A stretch of DNA of 63,438 nt, counting the filler, from Octopus bimaculoides (taxonomy: Eukaryota), in assembly GCF_001194135.2 (NCBI RefSeq). It is 5 parts of 4 records of this genome, joined end to end, with 100 filler letters (N's around TTAATTAATTAA, not from the genome) between each part and the next. Parts side by side here need not be neighbours in the genome. Positions count along the whole stretch, not along the records: positions 33,171 to 44,374 come from NC_068986.1; positions 44,475 to 53,022 come from NC_068990.1; 3 more parts are not named here. One strand, written 5' to 3'. Of the stretch, positions 38,986-51,551 are shown piece after piece. How positions within the stretch are numbered: the stretch's first letter is position 1; every line of letters starts with the position of its first letter. The translations under genes and the position numbers were made by a program. The notes beneath the pieces were generated by a model. That model ran no database searches. It was not told where the DNA came from and worked only from the letters and a program-made list of their open reading frames with translations.

Positions 38986-39392
38986 CAGCACCCTGGTGTT
39001 CTATCATGGTAAGGGATTCTACAATTCCCCTACCCTGATATTCTATTAATTCTACCAATCCCTATCCTGATCTTCTAATGATTCTACAAGTCTCCAACCA
39101 AAACATTCAACAGATTCTAATAATTACAGCACCCTAGTGTTCTATCATGGTAAGGGATTCTACAATTCCCCCACCCTGATATTCTATTAATTCTACCAAT
39201 TCCCACCCTGATCTTCTAATGATTCTACAAGTCTCCAACCAAAACGTTCAACAGATTCTAATAATTACAGCACCCTGGTGTTCTATCATGATAAGGGATT
39301 CTACAATTCCCCCACCCTGATATTCTATTAATTCTACCAATCCCCACCCTGATCTTCTAATGATTCTACAAGTCTCCAACCAAAACGTTCAA
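38986..39392. repeat. 141-bp tandem repeat (at least 2.9 copies) running into a gap
   Basis: Unit starts cagcaccct at 38986, 39127 and 39268; copies differ by few substitutions. Confidence 0.95.
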
Positions 39393-39492
39393 NNNNNNNN
39401 NNNNNNNNNNNNNNNNNNNNNNNNNNNNNNNNNNNNNNNNNNNNNNNNNNNNNNNNNNNNNNNNNNNNNNNNNNNNNNNNNNNNNNNNNNNN

Positions 39493-39534
<42 letters not shown>

Positions 39535-39751
39535 GGGGGAGAGAGTCAGTAGATGAGTTCCAGAAATGCTCGATACAGAAAACAATAACACGCAAATGAT
39601 TTGAACTTACACTCCGATATCTTTACCGAGGACTAAGTCTGCAGGATAAAGAGTGGCTGTAAGAGGAATCCAGGTGAGTAGATATGGAGATAATGATGCA
39701 AATAAACAAATAAAACCTCTTGGGCTAGATATACAAGATAAATATACATAC

Positions 39752-39787
<36 letters not shown>

Positions 39788-39816
39788 TAATAATAATATA
39801 TATATATATAATAATA

Positions 39817-39855
<39 letters not shown>

Positions 39856-40929
39856 NNNNNNNNNNNNNNNNNNNNNNNNNNNNNNNNNNNNNNNNNNNNN
39901 NNNNNNNNNNNNNNNNNNNNNNNNNNNNNNNNNNNNNNNNNNNNNNNNNNNNNNNNNNNNNNNNNNNNNNNNNNNNNNNNNNNNNNNNNNNNNNNNNNNN
40001 NNNNNNNNNNNNNNNNNNNNNNNNNNNNNNNNNNNNNNNNNNNNNNNNNNNNNNNNNNNNNNNNNNNNNNNNNNNNNNNNNNNNNNNNNNNNNNNNNNNN
40101 NNNNNNNNNNNNNNNNNNNNNNNNNNNNNNNNNNNNNNNNNNNNNNNNNNNNNNNNNNNNNNNNNNNNNNNNNNNNNNNNNNNNNNNNNNNNNNNNNNNN
40201 NNNNNNNNNNNNNNNNNNNNNNNNNNNNNNNNNNNNNNNNNNNNNNNNNNNNNNNNNNNNNNNNNNNNNNNNNNNNNNNNNNNNNNNNNNNNNNNNNNNN
40301 NNNNNNNNNNNNNNNNNNNNNNNNNNNNNNNNNNNNNNNNNNNNNNNNNNNNNNNNNNNNNNNNNNNNNNNNNNNNNNNNNNNNNNNNNNNNNNNNNNNN
40401 NNNNNNNNNNNNNNNNNNNNNNNNNNNNNNNNNNNNNNNNNNNNNNNNNNNNNNNNNNNNNNNNNNNNNNNNNNNNNNNNNNNNNNNNNNNNNNNNNNNN
40501 NNNNNNNNNNNNNNNNNNNNNNNNNNNNNNNNNNNNNNNNNNNNNNNNNNNNNNNNNNNNNNNNNNNNNNNNNNNNNNNNNNNNNNNNNNNNNNNNNNNN
40601 NNNNNNNNNNNNNNNNNNNNNNNNNNNNNNNNNNNNNNNNNNNNNNNNNNNNNNNNNNNNNNNNNNNNNNNNNNNNNNNNNNNNNNNNNNNNNNNNNNNN
40701 NNNNNNNNNNNNNNNNNNNNNNNNNNNNNNNNNNNNNNNNNNNNNNNNTATATATACATGTAAATAGAGAGAAAATAAAGACAGGAAATATTCAGACGAT
40801 GAATATTCATGTATAAATATATAGATATTTATATATTAGCAGAGCAAACTTACACAATGGACAAAGACAGAAAATTAAGGGGAAAAGTTTATGTATCAGT
40901 GATGTTAATCCTCACCACACTATATCGGA

Positions 40930-42568
40930 CATAACGGTTGGCATCCCTAATGTCTTAACGGCAATAAACGAAATTAAACACAATTCCTAGCTGGTGTCCT
41001 GGAGGTGTGTCGACACTAATTTGCATCTCCTCTTGCTAATCTGTGGAGGAACTCACTGGATGCTGGTTATGCTCCTGAGAACTTTCTGTCCTAGTCAATT
41101 GTCCCAGTTTTCAAAGAGGGAAACAAGTCCCTTGCAGTGAACTACCAGCCGATATCGCTCACCTGTCATATCATCAAGGTATTTGAGAGTGTGGTGAGAT
41201 CACTGAAAATCCGCTTTCTTGAAAGCAACAGACTGCTGAACCCCAACCAACATGGGTTCCGTAATGGAAGGAATTGTCTAACGTAGCTCCTGCATCACCT
41301 TAGGGCTCGAATACTGATGTCATCAACCTTGATTTCAACAAACCCTTTGACAGGATGGATCATAAGATCCTCTTGAAAAAACTATCCAACATTAGTGTCT
41401 CTGGAAAGTTACTACAATGGATCAAGTGTTTCCTGTCAGGCAGAACCCAACATATTGTAGTCGAAGGAATAAAAATCAAGCCCAGCCAAAGTCAGTAGTG
41501 GTGTTCCATAAGGCACTGTATTGGGCCCACTTCTTTTCATCAACTACATCAATGACATTACTGACATCATCAAGCAAAGTAACATAAGAATCTTTGCTGA
41601 TGATTCCAAGATCCAGAAGGTCATCAATGAAGTGGGTGACCGGGCATGGCTTCAGGCAGATCTACTGGCTATCATCCAATGGGCGAAAAATAATAATATT
41701 ATGCTGAATGAGGATCAATTTGAGTTGATCCACTTCGGAAAAGAGGATATCCTGAAACTCCCATACTCCTTTCCTACTGGTGAAACTTTCATGGCATCCA
41801 ACATCAGAGACTTGGAAGTAATTTTGGACAACATAAGCTGGACCACTCATATAAACAGCAAAGTTGACATGGCCCACAGAATGTGCTCCTGGATTCTCAG
41901 AACTTTCCAATCGAGAGATATCCACACCATTATCATTCTCTTTTCTACTTTTGCCCGACTCCTCCTTGAATAGTTTTATCCACTGTGGTCTCCCTCACGA
42001 AACGAAGTATCTTGAAAATTGAAGCACCTCAAAGGTCAATAACAAAAAGGATAGATGGCAGGCCTTGACTATTGGGGTCGACTAGAAAAGTTCAAACTCT
42101 ATCTCTCCAACGCCGCCGTGAGCGCTACATCATTTGCATGAAGTGGAAAATATTCCATCAGCATTGTCCAAATGATGTTGACATCGCCTTTAAGATACAC
42201 CCAAGACTTGGACACCGTGCTATCTGCCCACTTCATGAATCATACTGGTATCGCATAACAACAATACGGCACAATTATTTCACCTCAATTGGCCCCGCAT
42301 CCTTTAATATTGCCCCAAAACACATTAAAGCAGAAGCAGACCCCGTAAATTTCAAGAAGTTTTTCGACAAATTCTTTCGATAAGTCCCAGAGAAACCTCC
42401 TACACCCGGATATGTCTCCATAAGTAATAACTCTCTCCTCGAGTGGTCCATGTTGTCCGATTCCTGATTTGAATGACTTTGCCAGATGGTGGTGATATTA
42501 AGTTAGACATATCCTGGTTCAATACTAGTCGAAACCTATCAAAGTATCAAAGTATCAAAGCATCAAAG

Positions 42569-42572
<4 letters not shown>
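40930..42572 (+). mobile_element. 5'-truncated CR1-like LINE: RT domain, 3' end and (TATCAAAG)n tail
   Basis: LWRNSLDAG..PVFKEGNKSLAVNYQPISLTCHIIKVFE; LDFNKPFDRMDH; GPLLFINYINDI; IRIFADDSKI; short tandem octamer tail tatcaaagtatcaaagtatcaaagcatcaaag. Confidence 0.9.
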
Positions 42573-42627
<55 letters not shown>

Positions 42628-42655
42628 NNNNNNNNNNNNNNNTATACATACATAC

Positions 42656-42731
42656 ATGGATGGATGGATGGATGGATGGATGGATGGATGGATGGATGGA
42701 TGGATGGATGGATGGATGGATGGATGGATGG
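42656..42731. repeat. (ATGG)n microsatellite
   Basis: Direct reading. Confidence 0.97.
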
Positions 42732-43081
42732 AAGGAAGGAAGTACCTATGCGTATATGTGAATGAATGAGTGTATGTATATCGTCTTTTATTTTTTTCTT
42801 GTTTCAGTCATTGGACTGTGCCCATACTGAGTCACCGTCATAAATGGTTTGGGTCGAACAAATCTGTATTACGTATATTAAAGTCCCAAGGTTTGGCAAA
42901 TTTCATAGTGAAGCAATTTAGGCAAATTAGCACATCACTATACATAATATAGAAATGAAGTTTTTTAATAGAAATTCTTAATTTTTATGACATTTTTGTG
43001 TGATTGCAGTGTAGAGGTGGCTGCTATTTCTTTTAGGTCAAGTGGCCACAGCAAAGTACCCTTGTAGATTCAAATAATACG

Positions 43082-43137
<56 letters not shown>

Positions 43138-43903
43138 ACGAAGGTAAAAGCAGGAAATTTAAAAACACATTCACTGAAAGAAGTTTTGATATTCTGAGAA
43201 TGTATTAGAAAGTAAGGAACATTAATGCTGTCGTTTCCACAGTTACAGTATCGTGGGAGTCATACTTTAGTATTCTGATACTTAACACAAAGTTTATAGA
43301 ATTCTGTTTGTCCTTTTTGTTCCTTTATTTCCTTTTTCTTTTTTGTTTGTTTCAATTCTAAACGAAAGGTTTCATGATTTTTGCGCTTTTTTTTTGTTTC
43401 TTTAAAAATTCAAATTACACGTCGGTGTTTATGTTTGTGTATGAACACATTTCTGTTTGTCTGTATCTTTATGCATACGAGAGTGTGCCTGAAGTCATCT
43501 ACCATCTGTGTTCAGTTTGACTGTCGTCCTACATAATCTGCAACAACCACATATCAACCCTTTTAAGTGTATAACTACTGAGAGGAAACTGGCAGCGCCT
43601 ACAATCTTACTTCATACCATTCCCTTTCTCAAAAAATCGCTGTCGCCAAGGAGTTAAACGTCGGTGATGTAACTTAAACGAAATAAAAGAAATATGTTTG
43701 ACCTAGCTTATTAAATTTACTGTTAAGATGTCAACACAGATTTTTTTTTAGATTATTTATGTCTTGTTTTTGTTTTATTGTTTGTTTGTTTGTTTTTTTG
43801 TTTTCTTCTAAGAACAAATATTTTGGTACAAATTTCTTCTTTCGTCTAGGTTAGCAGTTCGAAACCTATTACCATTACAACCCCTTTCGGCGAATCAATA
43901 ATT

Positions 43904-44202
43904 CTCTCTTTTACTCTTTTACACTTTTTACTTGTTTCAGTCATTTGACTGTGGCCATGCTGGAGCACCGCCTTATAGTCGAATCAAATCGACCCCAGGA
44001 TTTATTCTTTGTAAACCCAGTACTTATTCTATCGGTCTCTTTTGCCGAACCGCTAAGTTACGAGGACATAAGCACACCAGCATCGGGTGTCAAGTGACGC
44101 TAGGGGGGACAAACACAGATACACAACATATACACACGCATACATATATATACATATATACGACAGGCTTCTTTCAGTTTCCGTCTACCAAATCCACTCA
44201 CA
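43904..44202 (-). mobile_element. Composite SINE, head truncated
   Basis: cttgtttcagtcatttgactgtggccatgctggagcaccgcc..ccgaaccgctaagttac..(CA/TA)n..ggcttctttcagtttccgtctaccaaatccactcacaa. Confidence 0.88.
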
Positions 44203-44374
44203 AATTAAGGCATTTGCCTCTTACGATTTTTCATTACACAATATGAGGCACTCATCCTCTTAGGATTTTTCGCCCGATATAGCCTTCGCTTCTCTCAAGC
44301 AAAACGATGGGTCTGGATCGGGCCACTTTTCAATACTGAATTCGCCGAGGGGGAAGGAATTCACCAACGCACTT

Positions 44375-44474
44375 NNNNNNNNNNNNNNNNNNNNNNNNNN
44401 NNNNNNNNNNNNNNNNNNTTAATTAATTAANNNNNNNNNNNNNNNNNNNNNNNNNNNNNNNNNNNNNNNNNNNN
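44375..44474. other. Artificial scaffold join N44-TTAATTAATTAA-N44
   Basis: Same 100-bp structure. Confidence 0.95.
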
Positions 44475-44760
44475 GTTAGTGGAATAGTTTCATTTTTAAA
44501 GTGAAAGTATTTGACATGAGTGTTTTTGTTTCACTTTTGACACGTAATACTTAAATAGTGGAGGAGATATTATGTTGCCGTGTGCTCGAACTCTGCAAGA
44601 AGTTAATAATTTTTTTTTTTACTAAAACACAACTGGAACCCTAAGTAAGGCATGTGTAAAATTTGAATGAAATTGGTTGCGTAGTTCTCGAGTTTTAGGG
44701 ATTCACACAGACAGACAGACAGACAGACAGACACACATTCTCATTTTTATATATATAGAT
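44475..44760 (+). mobile_element. Possible non-autonomous Helitron-like (HINE/DINE-1-type) 3' end
   Basis: aaatttgaatgaaattggttgcgtagttctcgagtt..(GACA)n..ttttatatatatagat resembles the subterminal microsatellite and TATATATAGAT end of that class; inference from motif resemblance. Confidence 0.4.
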
Positions 44761-44926
44761 GACGAGCTTCTTTCAGTTTCCGTCTACCAAATCCACTCAC
44801 AAGGCTTTGATCGCCTCGAGGCTATAGTAGAAGACACTTGCCCAAGGTGCCACGCAGTGGGACTGAATCCGGAACCATGTGGTTGGGAAGCAAGCTTTCT
44901 TACCACACAGCCAATCCTGCGCCTAC
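44761..44926 (-). mobile_element. tRNA-derived SINE head
   Basis: Same family as 34795-34960. Confidence 0.88.
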
Positions 44927-45425
44927 TTGTTTAGGTTATTAGAATGCTGCTCCAGCATGAGGGATTTAGTCAATCAAATTGAACGAGGTAGATGTTTAAA
45001 ATTCTGGTATTTATTTATCGGTTTCTTTTTTTCGCCTGAACTGCTAAGTTACTGAGACGAAAGCATACCAAAACCGGTTGTCGAACGGCGGGAGACAAAG
45101 AAATACACACAAACACACACAGGTACACAGACGCACACATATACACTCGTGTGTGTGTGTGTGTGTGTGTGTATGATAAGTAGAGAGATATATAGACAGA
45201 CAGACAGACAGACAGATTAACAGACAGATATGCAAGTATATATGTTTTTGTGTGTGCAAGCATATGCTCCCTAACCACCCACACTCTTAAATATATCTAT
45301 GTATACGATGGGCTTCATTGCAGTTTCCGTCTATCCAATTCACTCCCAAAGCATTGATCGGCCAAGGGCTTTAGTAAAATAAAACCACTTACCATAGGTG
45401 CTGGGCAGTGGGGTTGAACCCGAAA
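44927..45425 (-). mobile_element. Older diverged composite SINE with internal microsatellites
   Basis: Diverged ctgctccagcatg..ctgctaagttac..ccggttgtc module, followed by a diverged head gggcttcattgcagtttccgtctatccaattcactc. Confidence 0.6.
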
Positions 45426-45620
45426 TCACGAGCTTGGAAAAGCGAACGGATGATTAAATTGAAATTTGGCTGCTATTTCTAATTGGTTGACTGAAGGTCA
45501 TTTATAGCGTCCCTTCCTTGGCTGTCGCGATAAACATCTCGTTTTATCCCACGTGACCTAATTGTGGAAGGTGTCTCGTCTGCTATTTTGTCTCTTAAAT
45601 AGTTTGGTTAATTGATGTAG

Positions 45621-45694
45621 AAGAAGGAGAAGAAGAAGAAGAAGAAGAAGAAGAAGAAGAAGAAGAAGAAGAAGAAGAAGAAGAAGAAGAAGAA
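45621..45694. repeat. (GAA)n microsatellite at a gap edge
   Basis: Direct reading. Confidence 0.95.
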
Positions 45695-46456
45695 NNNNNN
45701 NNNNNNNNNNNNNNNNNNNNNNNNNNNNNNNNNNNNNNNNNNNNNNNNNNNNNNNNNNNNNNNNNNNNNNNNNNNNNNNNNNNNNNNNNNNNNNNNNNNN
45801 NNNNNNNNNNNNNNNNNNNNNNNNNNNNNNNNNNNNNNNNNNNNNNNNNNNNNNNNNNNNNNNNNNNNNNNNNNNNNNNNNNNNNNNNNNNNNNNNNNNN
45901 NNNNNNNNNNNNNNNNNNNNNNNNNNNNNNNNNNNNNNNNNNNNNNNNNNNNNNNNNNNNNNNNNNNNNNNNNNNNNNNNNNNNNNNNNNNNNNNNNNNN
46001 NNNNNNNNNNNNNNNNNNNNNNNNNNNNNNNNNNNNNNNNNNNNNNNNNNNNNNNNNNNNNNNNNNNNNNNNNNNNNNNNNNNNNNNNNNNNNNNNNNNN
46101 NNNNNNNNNNNNNNNNNNNNNNNNNNNNNNNNNNNNNNNNNNNNNNNNNNNNNNNNNNNNNNNNNNNNNNNNNNNNNNNNNNNNNNNNNNNNNNNNNNNN
46201 NNNNNNNNNNNNNNNNNNNNNNNNNNNNNNNNNNNNNNNNNNNNNNNNNNNNNNNNNNNNNNNNNNNNNNNNNNNNNNNNNNNNNNNNNNNNNNNNNNNN
46301 NNNNNNNNNNNNNNNNNNNNNNNNNNNNNNNNNNNNNNNNNNNNNNNNNNNNNNNNNNNNNNNNNNNNNNNNNNNNNNNNNNNNNNNNNNNNNNNNNNNN
46401 NNNNNNNNNNNNNNNNNNNNNNNNNNNGTGTGTCTGTATGTCTGTGTGGGTGTATG

Positions 46457-46506
<50 letters not shown>

Positions 46507-46996
46507 ATATGTATATATATACATATACATATACATATATATAATTTAACCTCGTTTTTCTTTCTTTTTTTCATATCAATTAAACTAAATATTAAGAGAA
46601 AATAGCAGACGAGGAAAATAGATGAGAAAATACCACTGACATAAACACACACACACATACACATACACGCATGCACACACACAAATTCACAGAAAACTCT
46701 AACACATACACACACACACATACACACACAATACATACATACATATATACATATATACATATATACATGTGATTGTATATACATGCATACACAGACATAT
46801 GCATACGTGATACAGAGACGTGGGCTTGTATTTGCAACTATTTCTACTTCCAAAATAATTTTATTGACAAAGTAGAAAGAACTCAGTACAGTGGGTAGAG
46901 TATATGTCCATGTATGTGCGTGTGCGTGCGTGTGTGTGTGTGCGTGTATAAATATGTATATTTGCATAAATGCACACTCACACGTATACATGTATG

Positions 46997-47052
<56 letters not shown>

Positions 47053-47071
47053 TCTATATACATATATATAT

Positions 47072-47225
47072 GTGACTGTGTGGTAAGAAACTTCTTTCCC
47101 AACCACATGGTTCCGAACTCAGTCCCACTGTGTGCACCTTGGGCAAGTATTTTCTACTATAGCCTCTGGCCGACAAAAGCCTTGTGAGTGGATTTGGTAG
47201 ACGGAAACTGAAAGATTCCCGTTGT
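47072..47225 (+). mobile_element. tRNA-derived SINE head
   Basis: gtgactgtgtggtaag..ccaaccacatggttccgaactcagtcccactg..gtgagtggatttggtagacggaaactgaaag. Confidence 0.88.
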
Positions 47226-47241
47226 ATGTATACATGCATGC

Positions 47242-47293
<52 letters not shown>

Positions 47294-48751
47294 NNNNNNN
47301 NNNNNNNNNNNNNNNNNNNNNNNNNNNNNNNNNNNNNNNNNNNNNNNNNNNNNNNNNNNNNNNNNNNNNNNNNNNNNNNNNNNNNNNNNNNNNNNNNNNN
47401 NNNNNNNNNNNNNNNNNNNNNNNNNNNNNNNNNNNNNNNNNNNNNNNNNNNNNNNNNNNNNNNNNNNNNNNNNNNNNNNNNNNNNNNNNNNNNNNNNNNN
47501 NNNNNNNNNNNNNNNNNNNNNNNNNNNNNNNNNNNNNNNNNNNNNNNNNNNNNNNNNNNNNNNNNNNNNNNNNNNNNNNNNNNNNNNNNNNNNNNNNNNN
47601 NNNNNNNNNNNNNNNNNNNNNNNNNNNNNNNNNNNNNNNNNNNNNNNNNNNNNNNNNNNNNNNNNNNNNNNNNNNNNNNNNNNNNNNNNNNNNNNNNNNN
47701 NNNNNNNNNNNNNNNNNNNNNNNNNNNNNNNNNNNNNNNNNNNNNNNNNNNNNNNNNNNNNNNNNNNNNNNNNNNNNNNNNNNNNNNNNNNNNNNNNNNN
47801 NNNNNNNNNNNNNNNNNNNNNNNNNNNNNNNNNNNNNNNNNNNNNNNNNNNNNNNNNNNNNNNNNNNNNNNNNNNNNNNNNNNNNNNNNNNNNNNNNNNN
47901 NNNNNNNNNNNNNNNNNNNNNNNNNNNNNNNNNNNNNNNNNNNNNNNNNNNNNNNNNNNNNNNNNNNNNNNNNNNNNNNNNNNNNNNNNNNNNNNNNNNN
48001 NNNNNNNNNATATATATATATATATATATATATATAAACATGTTTATATGTATGTATATATGGGTACAGGACGTCACGAACTTTATATACATATAAAACA
48101 CAAATTCATGAACATATATATATACATATATACACATGTCTATATTTTCATACATATCTAATCGCATGGCTTTTGAGGTCACCAACATCCAACACAAGAG
48201 GAAGAGATCTCCAAAAACAACACCACGCCTTCATTCTCCAATATCCTCACATCATCAAATACTTGCATTTTACATTCCAGAAATGTTTTGCATTCTCCCA
48301 TTCCCAGCAGTGATTCTTCAAATTTGCACGACACCGCGTTCCATATACACGCACATCCGCCGCAACGAGGGAACCTCTAAACCGGCTGCATGAAATAGCA
48401 GCCGTTTTCCCTTCAAATCATGTCCTTATGTCTTAACAAATAAAGGACTGACTGGATATTATTGCAGTTAAAGATCGGATTGGGACGATTTGGCGCGGCT
48501 GTTTGGACACTGATGATCTAGCGCAGATAGCAAGACATTCTGCCTATTTTGGCGATAGTGCTTTTTGGCACTGGAGGTAAACACGTGCACGCATGCATGC
48601 ACAGAAATATGCATATACAGATAGAAAGAATGAGAGAGAGGGGGAGAGTGTAAGAGAGAAAGTGACACTACAATCTACTAATGGAACACAAGCGGCATAA
48701 AGGCTTTTCCTTTCCTCAAACACATACAATGAAATATGCTCTCGCAGAAAC

Positions 48752-48833
<82 letters not shown>

Positions 48834-49057
48834 GTGCGCATGTGTGCGTATATGTGTGTGTATGTATTTGTGTGTGTAGGCTTTCAAACGCTAATAACCA
48901 TTCAGCATACGTAAGTAAATATTAAGTTTATTAATTAGGCTTTAATTAATTTTTTAATGATCTATTTCGTCTTTTTTTAATAATATCGTTTTGTGGGCGA
49001 ATATTTAATTATTTTTCGAGTACGCGTGCGTGTGTTTATACACACATACATACATAC

Positions 49058-49200
49058 GTGGCTGTGGCTTACCAACCACATGGGTCGGGGTTCAGTCCCA
49101 CTGCGTGGCACCTTGAGCAAGTGTCTTCTACTATAGCCTCGGACCGACCAAAGCCTTGTGAGTGGATTTGGTCGACGGAAACTGAAAGATGCCCGTCGTG
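49058..49200 (+). mobile_element. tRNA-derived SINE head
   Basis: gtggctgtggcttaccaaccacatgggtcggggttcagtcccactgcgtggcaccttgagcaagtgtcttctactatagcc. Confidence 0.88.
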
Positions 49201-49464
49201 CATATNNNNNNNNNNNNNNNNNNNNNNNNNNNNNNNNNNNNNNNNNNNNNNNNNNNNNNNNNNNNNNNNNNNNNNNNNNNNNNNNNNNNNNNNNNNNNNN
49301 NNNNNNNNNNNNNNNNNNNNNNNNNNNNNNNNNNNNNNNNNNNNNNNNNNNNNNNNNNNNNNNNNNNNNNNNNNNNNNNNNNNNNNNNNNNNNNNNNNNN
49401 NNNNNNNNNNNNNNNNNNNNNNNNNNNNNNNNNNNNNNNNNNNNNNNNNNNNNNNNNNNNNNNN

Positions 49465-49501
<37 letters not shown>

Positions 49502-49502
49502 A

Positions 49503-49871
49503 TTAATTTGTTTCAGTCATCAAACTCCAGCTACGCCTTGAAGAATTTTCAGCCGGATGTATCGACCCCACCACTTAATTTTTTTTTTTTAAGCCTGGTA
49601 CTAATTTTTGCGGTTTTTTCCCGAAATGCTAAGTTACGGGGACATAAGCATAAAAAGACCGGTTGTCAAGCGGTGATGGGGGACAAACACAGACACACAC
49701 ACACATGCCACGGGCTTCTTTCAGTTTCCGTCTACCAAATCCACCTACAAGGCTTTGGTTGCCCCAAAGCTATAGTAGAGAACACTTGGCCAAGGTGTCA
49801 TGCAGTGGGGCTGAACCCTGAAACAGTATGTTTAGAAAACAAGGTTCTTACCACACAGCTACTCTTGTGCC

Positions 49872-49874
<3 letters not shown>
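49503..49874 (-). mobile_element. Full composite SINE
   Basis: 3' module plus head, same family as 43904 and 34795. Confidence 0.88.
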
Positions 49875-49945
<71 letters not shown>

Positions 49946-50103
49946 CGACGGGCTTCTTCTAGTTTCCGTCTACCAAATCCACAAACTAGGCTTTTGTTGC
50001 TATAGTAGAGAACACTTGCCCAAAGTGTCACGCAGTGGAGCTGAACCCGGAACAGTGTATTTAGGAAGCAAGTTTCTTACCACACAGCTCTTCCTGAGCC
50101 TAC
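49946..50103 (-). mobile_element. tRNA-derived SINE head, in tandem with the 49503 copy across a (TG)n tract
   Basis: cgacgggcttcttctagtttccgtctaccaaatccac..cacttgcccaaagtgtcacgcagtggagctgaacccggaac. Confidence 0.88.
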
Positions 50104-51506
50104 ATACAATATATACATTACAGTTAATACAAAACATTGTGAAACTGAGTAATAATGCTTGGGAAAACCGCAAAAAAAAACAAAAACACGACGCAAACCA
50201 AAAACAATGAGGTAAAGACTTCTCTTTTCGCTTTTCATTATTTCGGACTCTACAAACCATAATCAAGAAAATAGAGGACGGAGGTGTTCCATTATGCTCG
50301 GATCAAAATAACGCAAACTAACCCAGCAATTATTTTTCAAACGCTAAATTAGGGAGTGTGTTGCAGCATGTTCAGACTGGTTTCGCTAAGTCAACCCCTC
50401 AACGCAGCATAGTTTATGCCTATTGTTAATGGCTAGATTTATTTTGTCAATCTTTCTTTTCCTGTATTTCGTTCCGTGATTTTGATAGTATTACATCGAT
50501 CTTAAATAGCAGAAGCAGTTGTATGAAAGCGCTCAGGAAGTTAGTGTTGGCTACAAACATCATCTTCTTTAAACTCTCGCTTCAAAATTCTATCAATAAC
50601 AATTTGTCACTGAAAAGTTCGCTGTGGGACGAAATATGAGTAAAGTACCTACTTCTGAGTCTTTAAAAAGGTACTTTTTAAAAGTGTTCTCTTTCTAGCA
50701 TCCCGTGTGAGCCGTATGTAAACAGACGACAGCCAAATGCGGTTACATCAAAGATGTCGTAGCTTTGGGGGATCGTGACCACCCAGGAAGGTGCAGATGG
50801 TAATACAAACAGCAGCAAAATATGCAAGCTGAGGGTTTCTGGGAGTCATGATGCAGGCCGGACCCTTTAGAATATAAAGAGTTGAGGACTGAAGCACCTG
50901 TATGGTGGCTGTTCATCTCTCCTAAGAGTTTATTACTACCTACCTACCTACCCACCTACAAGTGTCCATGTGTATGTGTGTATGTATGGCTGTGTGTAGG
51001 AAGGGCTTCTTGAAATGTTATGCTTCGTGCAAGTTGATATCACTTGCGAATTATGCTGAAGATTTTATGCTATCATGGGCCAACTTATAGAGTAGCCTCC
51101 CGCAAGAGTTACTCATGGATTGGATTAACTCTTTGTAGCAACTCGAAGCGGACTAACCCATGGTGGTGCTCAAATGGAAGGGTAATAAGGAGCGGCGTGC
51201 TGAGAGACAACTTTCACCAAACCAGGTGACTGATCTTGCAACAGAACGTACCTTGCTAAATGCGCCAAAGAATTGGGAGCAAAATATTAAACCCACATTG
51301 CCGGCAAAAAGTGAGGTTTGGTGGTTTATCGTGGCAACCCACAATAGGGAGAAGGATTGTGTTGTATGACAGAACTGAAAACCCGGTTTTAATTACGTGT
51401 TTCCATTTGGAAGCCATTATGCTGATACACGTTCTGCTTTCCTTGCAGTTACATAGAAATCACATATGGCAGTTCTTTATTATAGATTCTTAAGGCTACA
51501 AGCCGA

Positions 51507-51551
<45 letters not shown>

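Noticed and set aside
38986-39392. CRISPR-like array or coding repeat (141 = 47 codons)
   Set aside because: There are no unique spacers or cas genes, the context is eukaryotic, and the frames examined contain stops within each unit.
24600-42572. The two CR1-like pieces as one element split by insertions
   Set aside because: They overlap across the N-terminal RT region with clearly different sequence, so they are independent copies, and a scaffold join lies between them.
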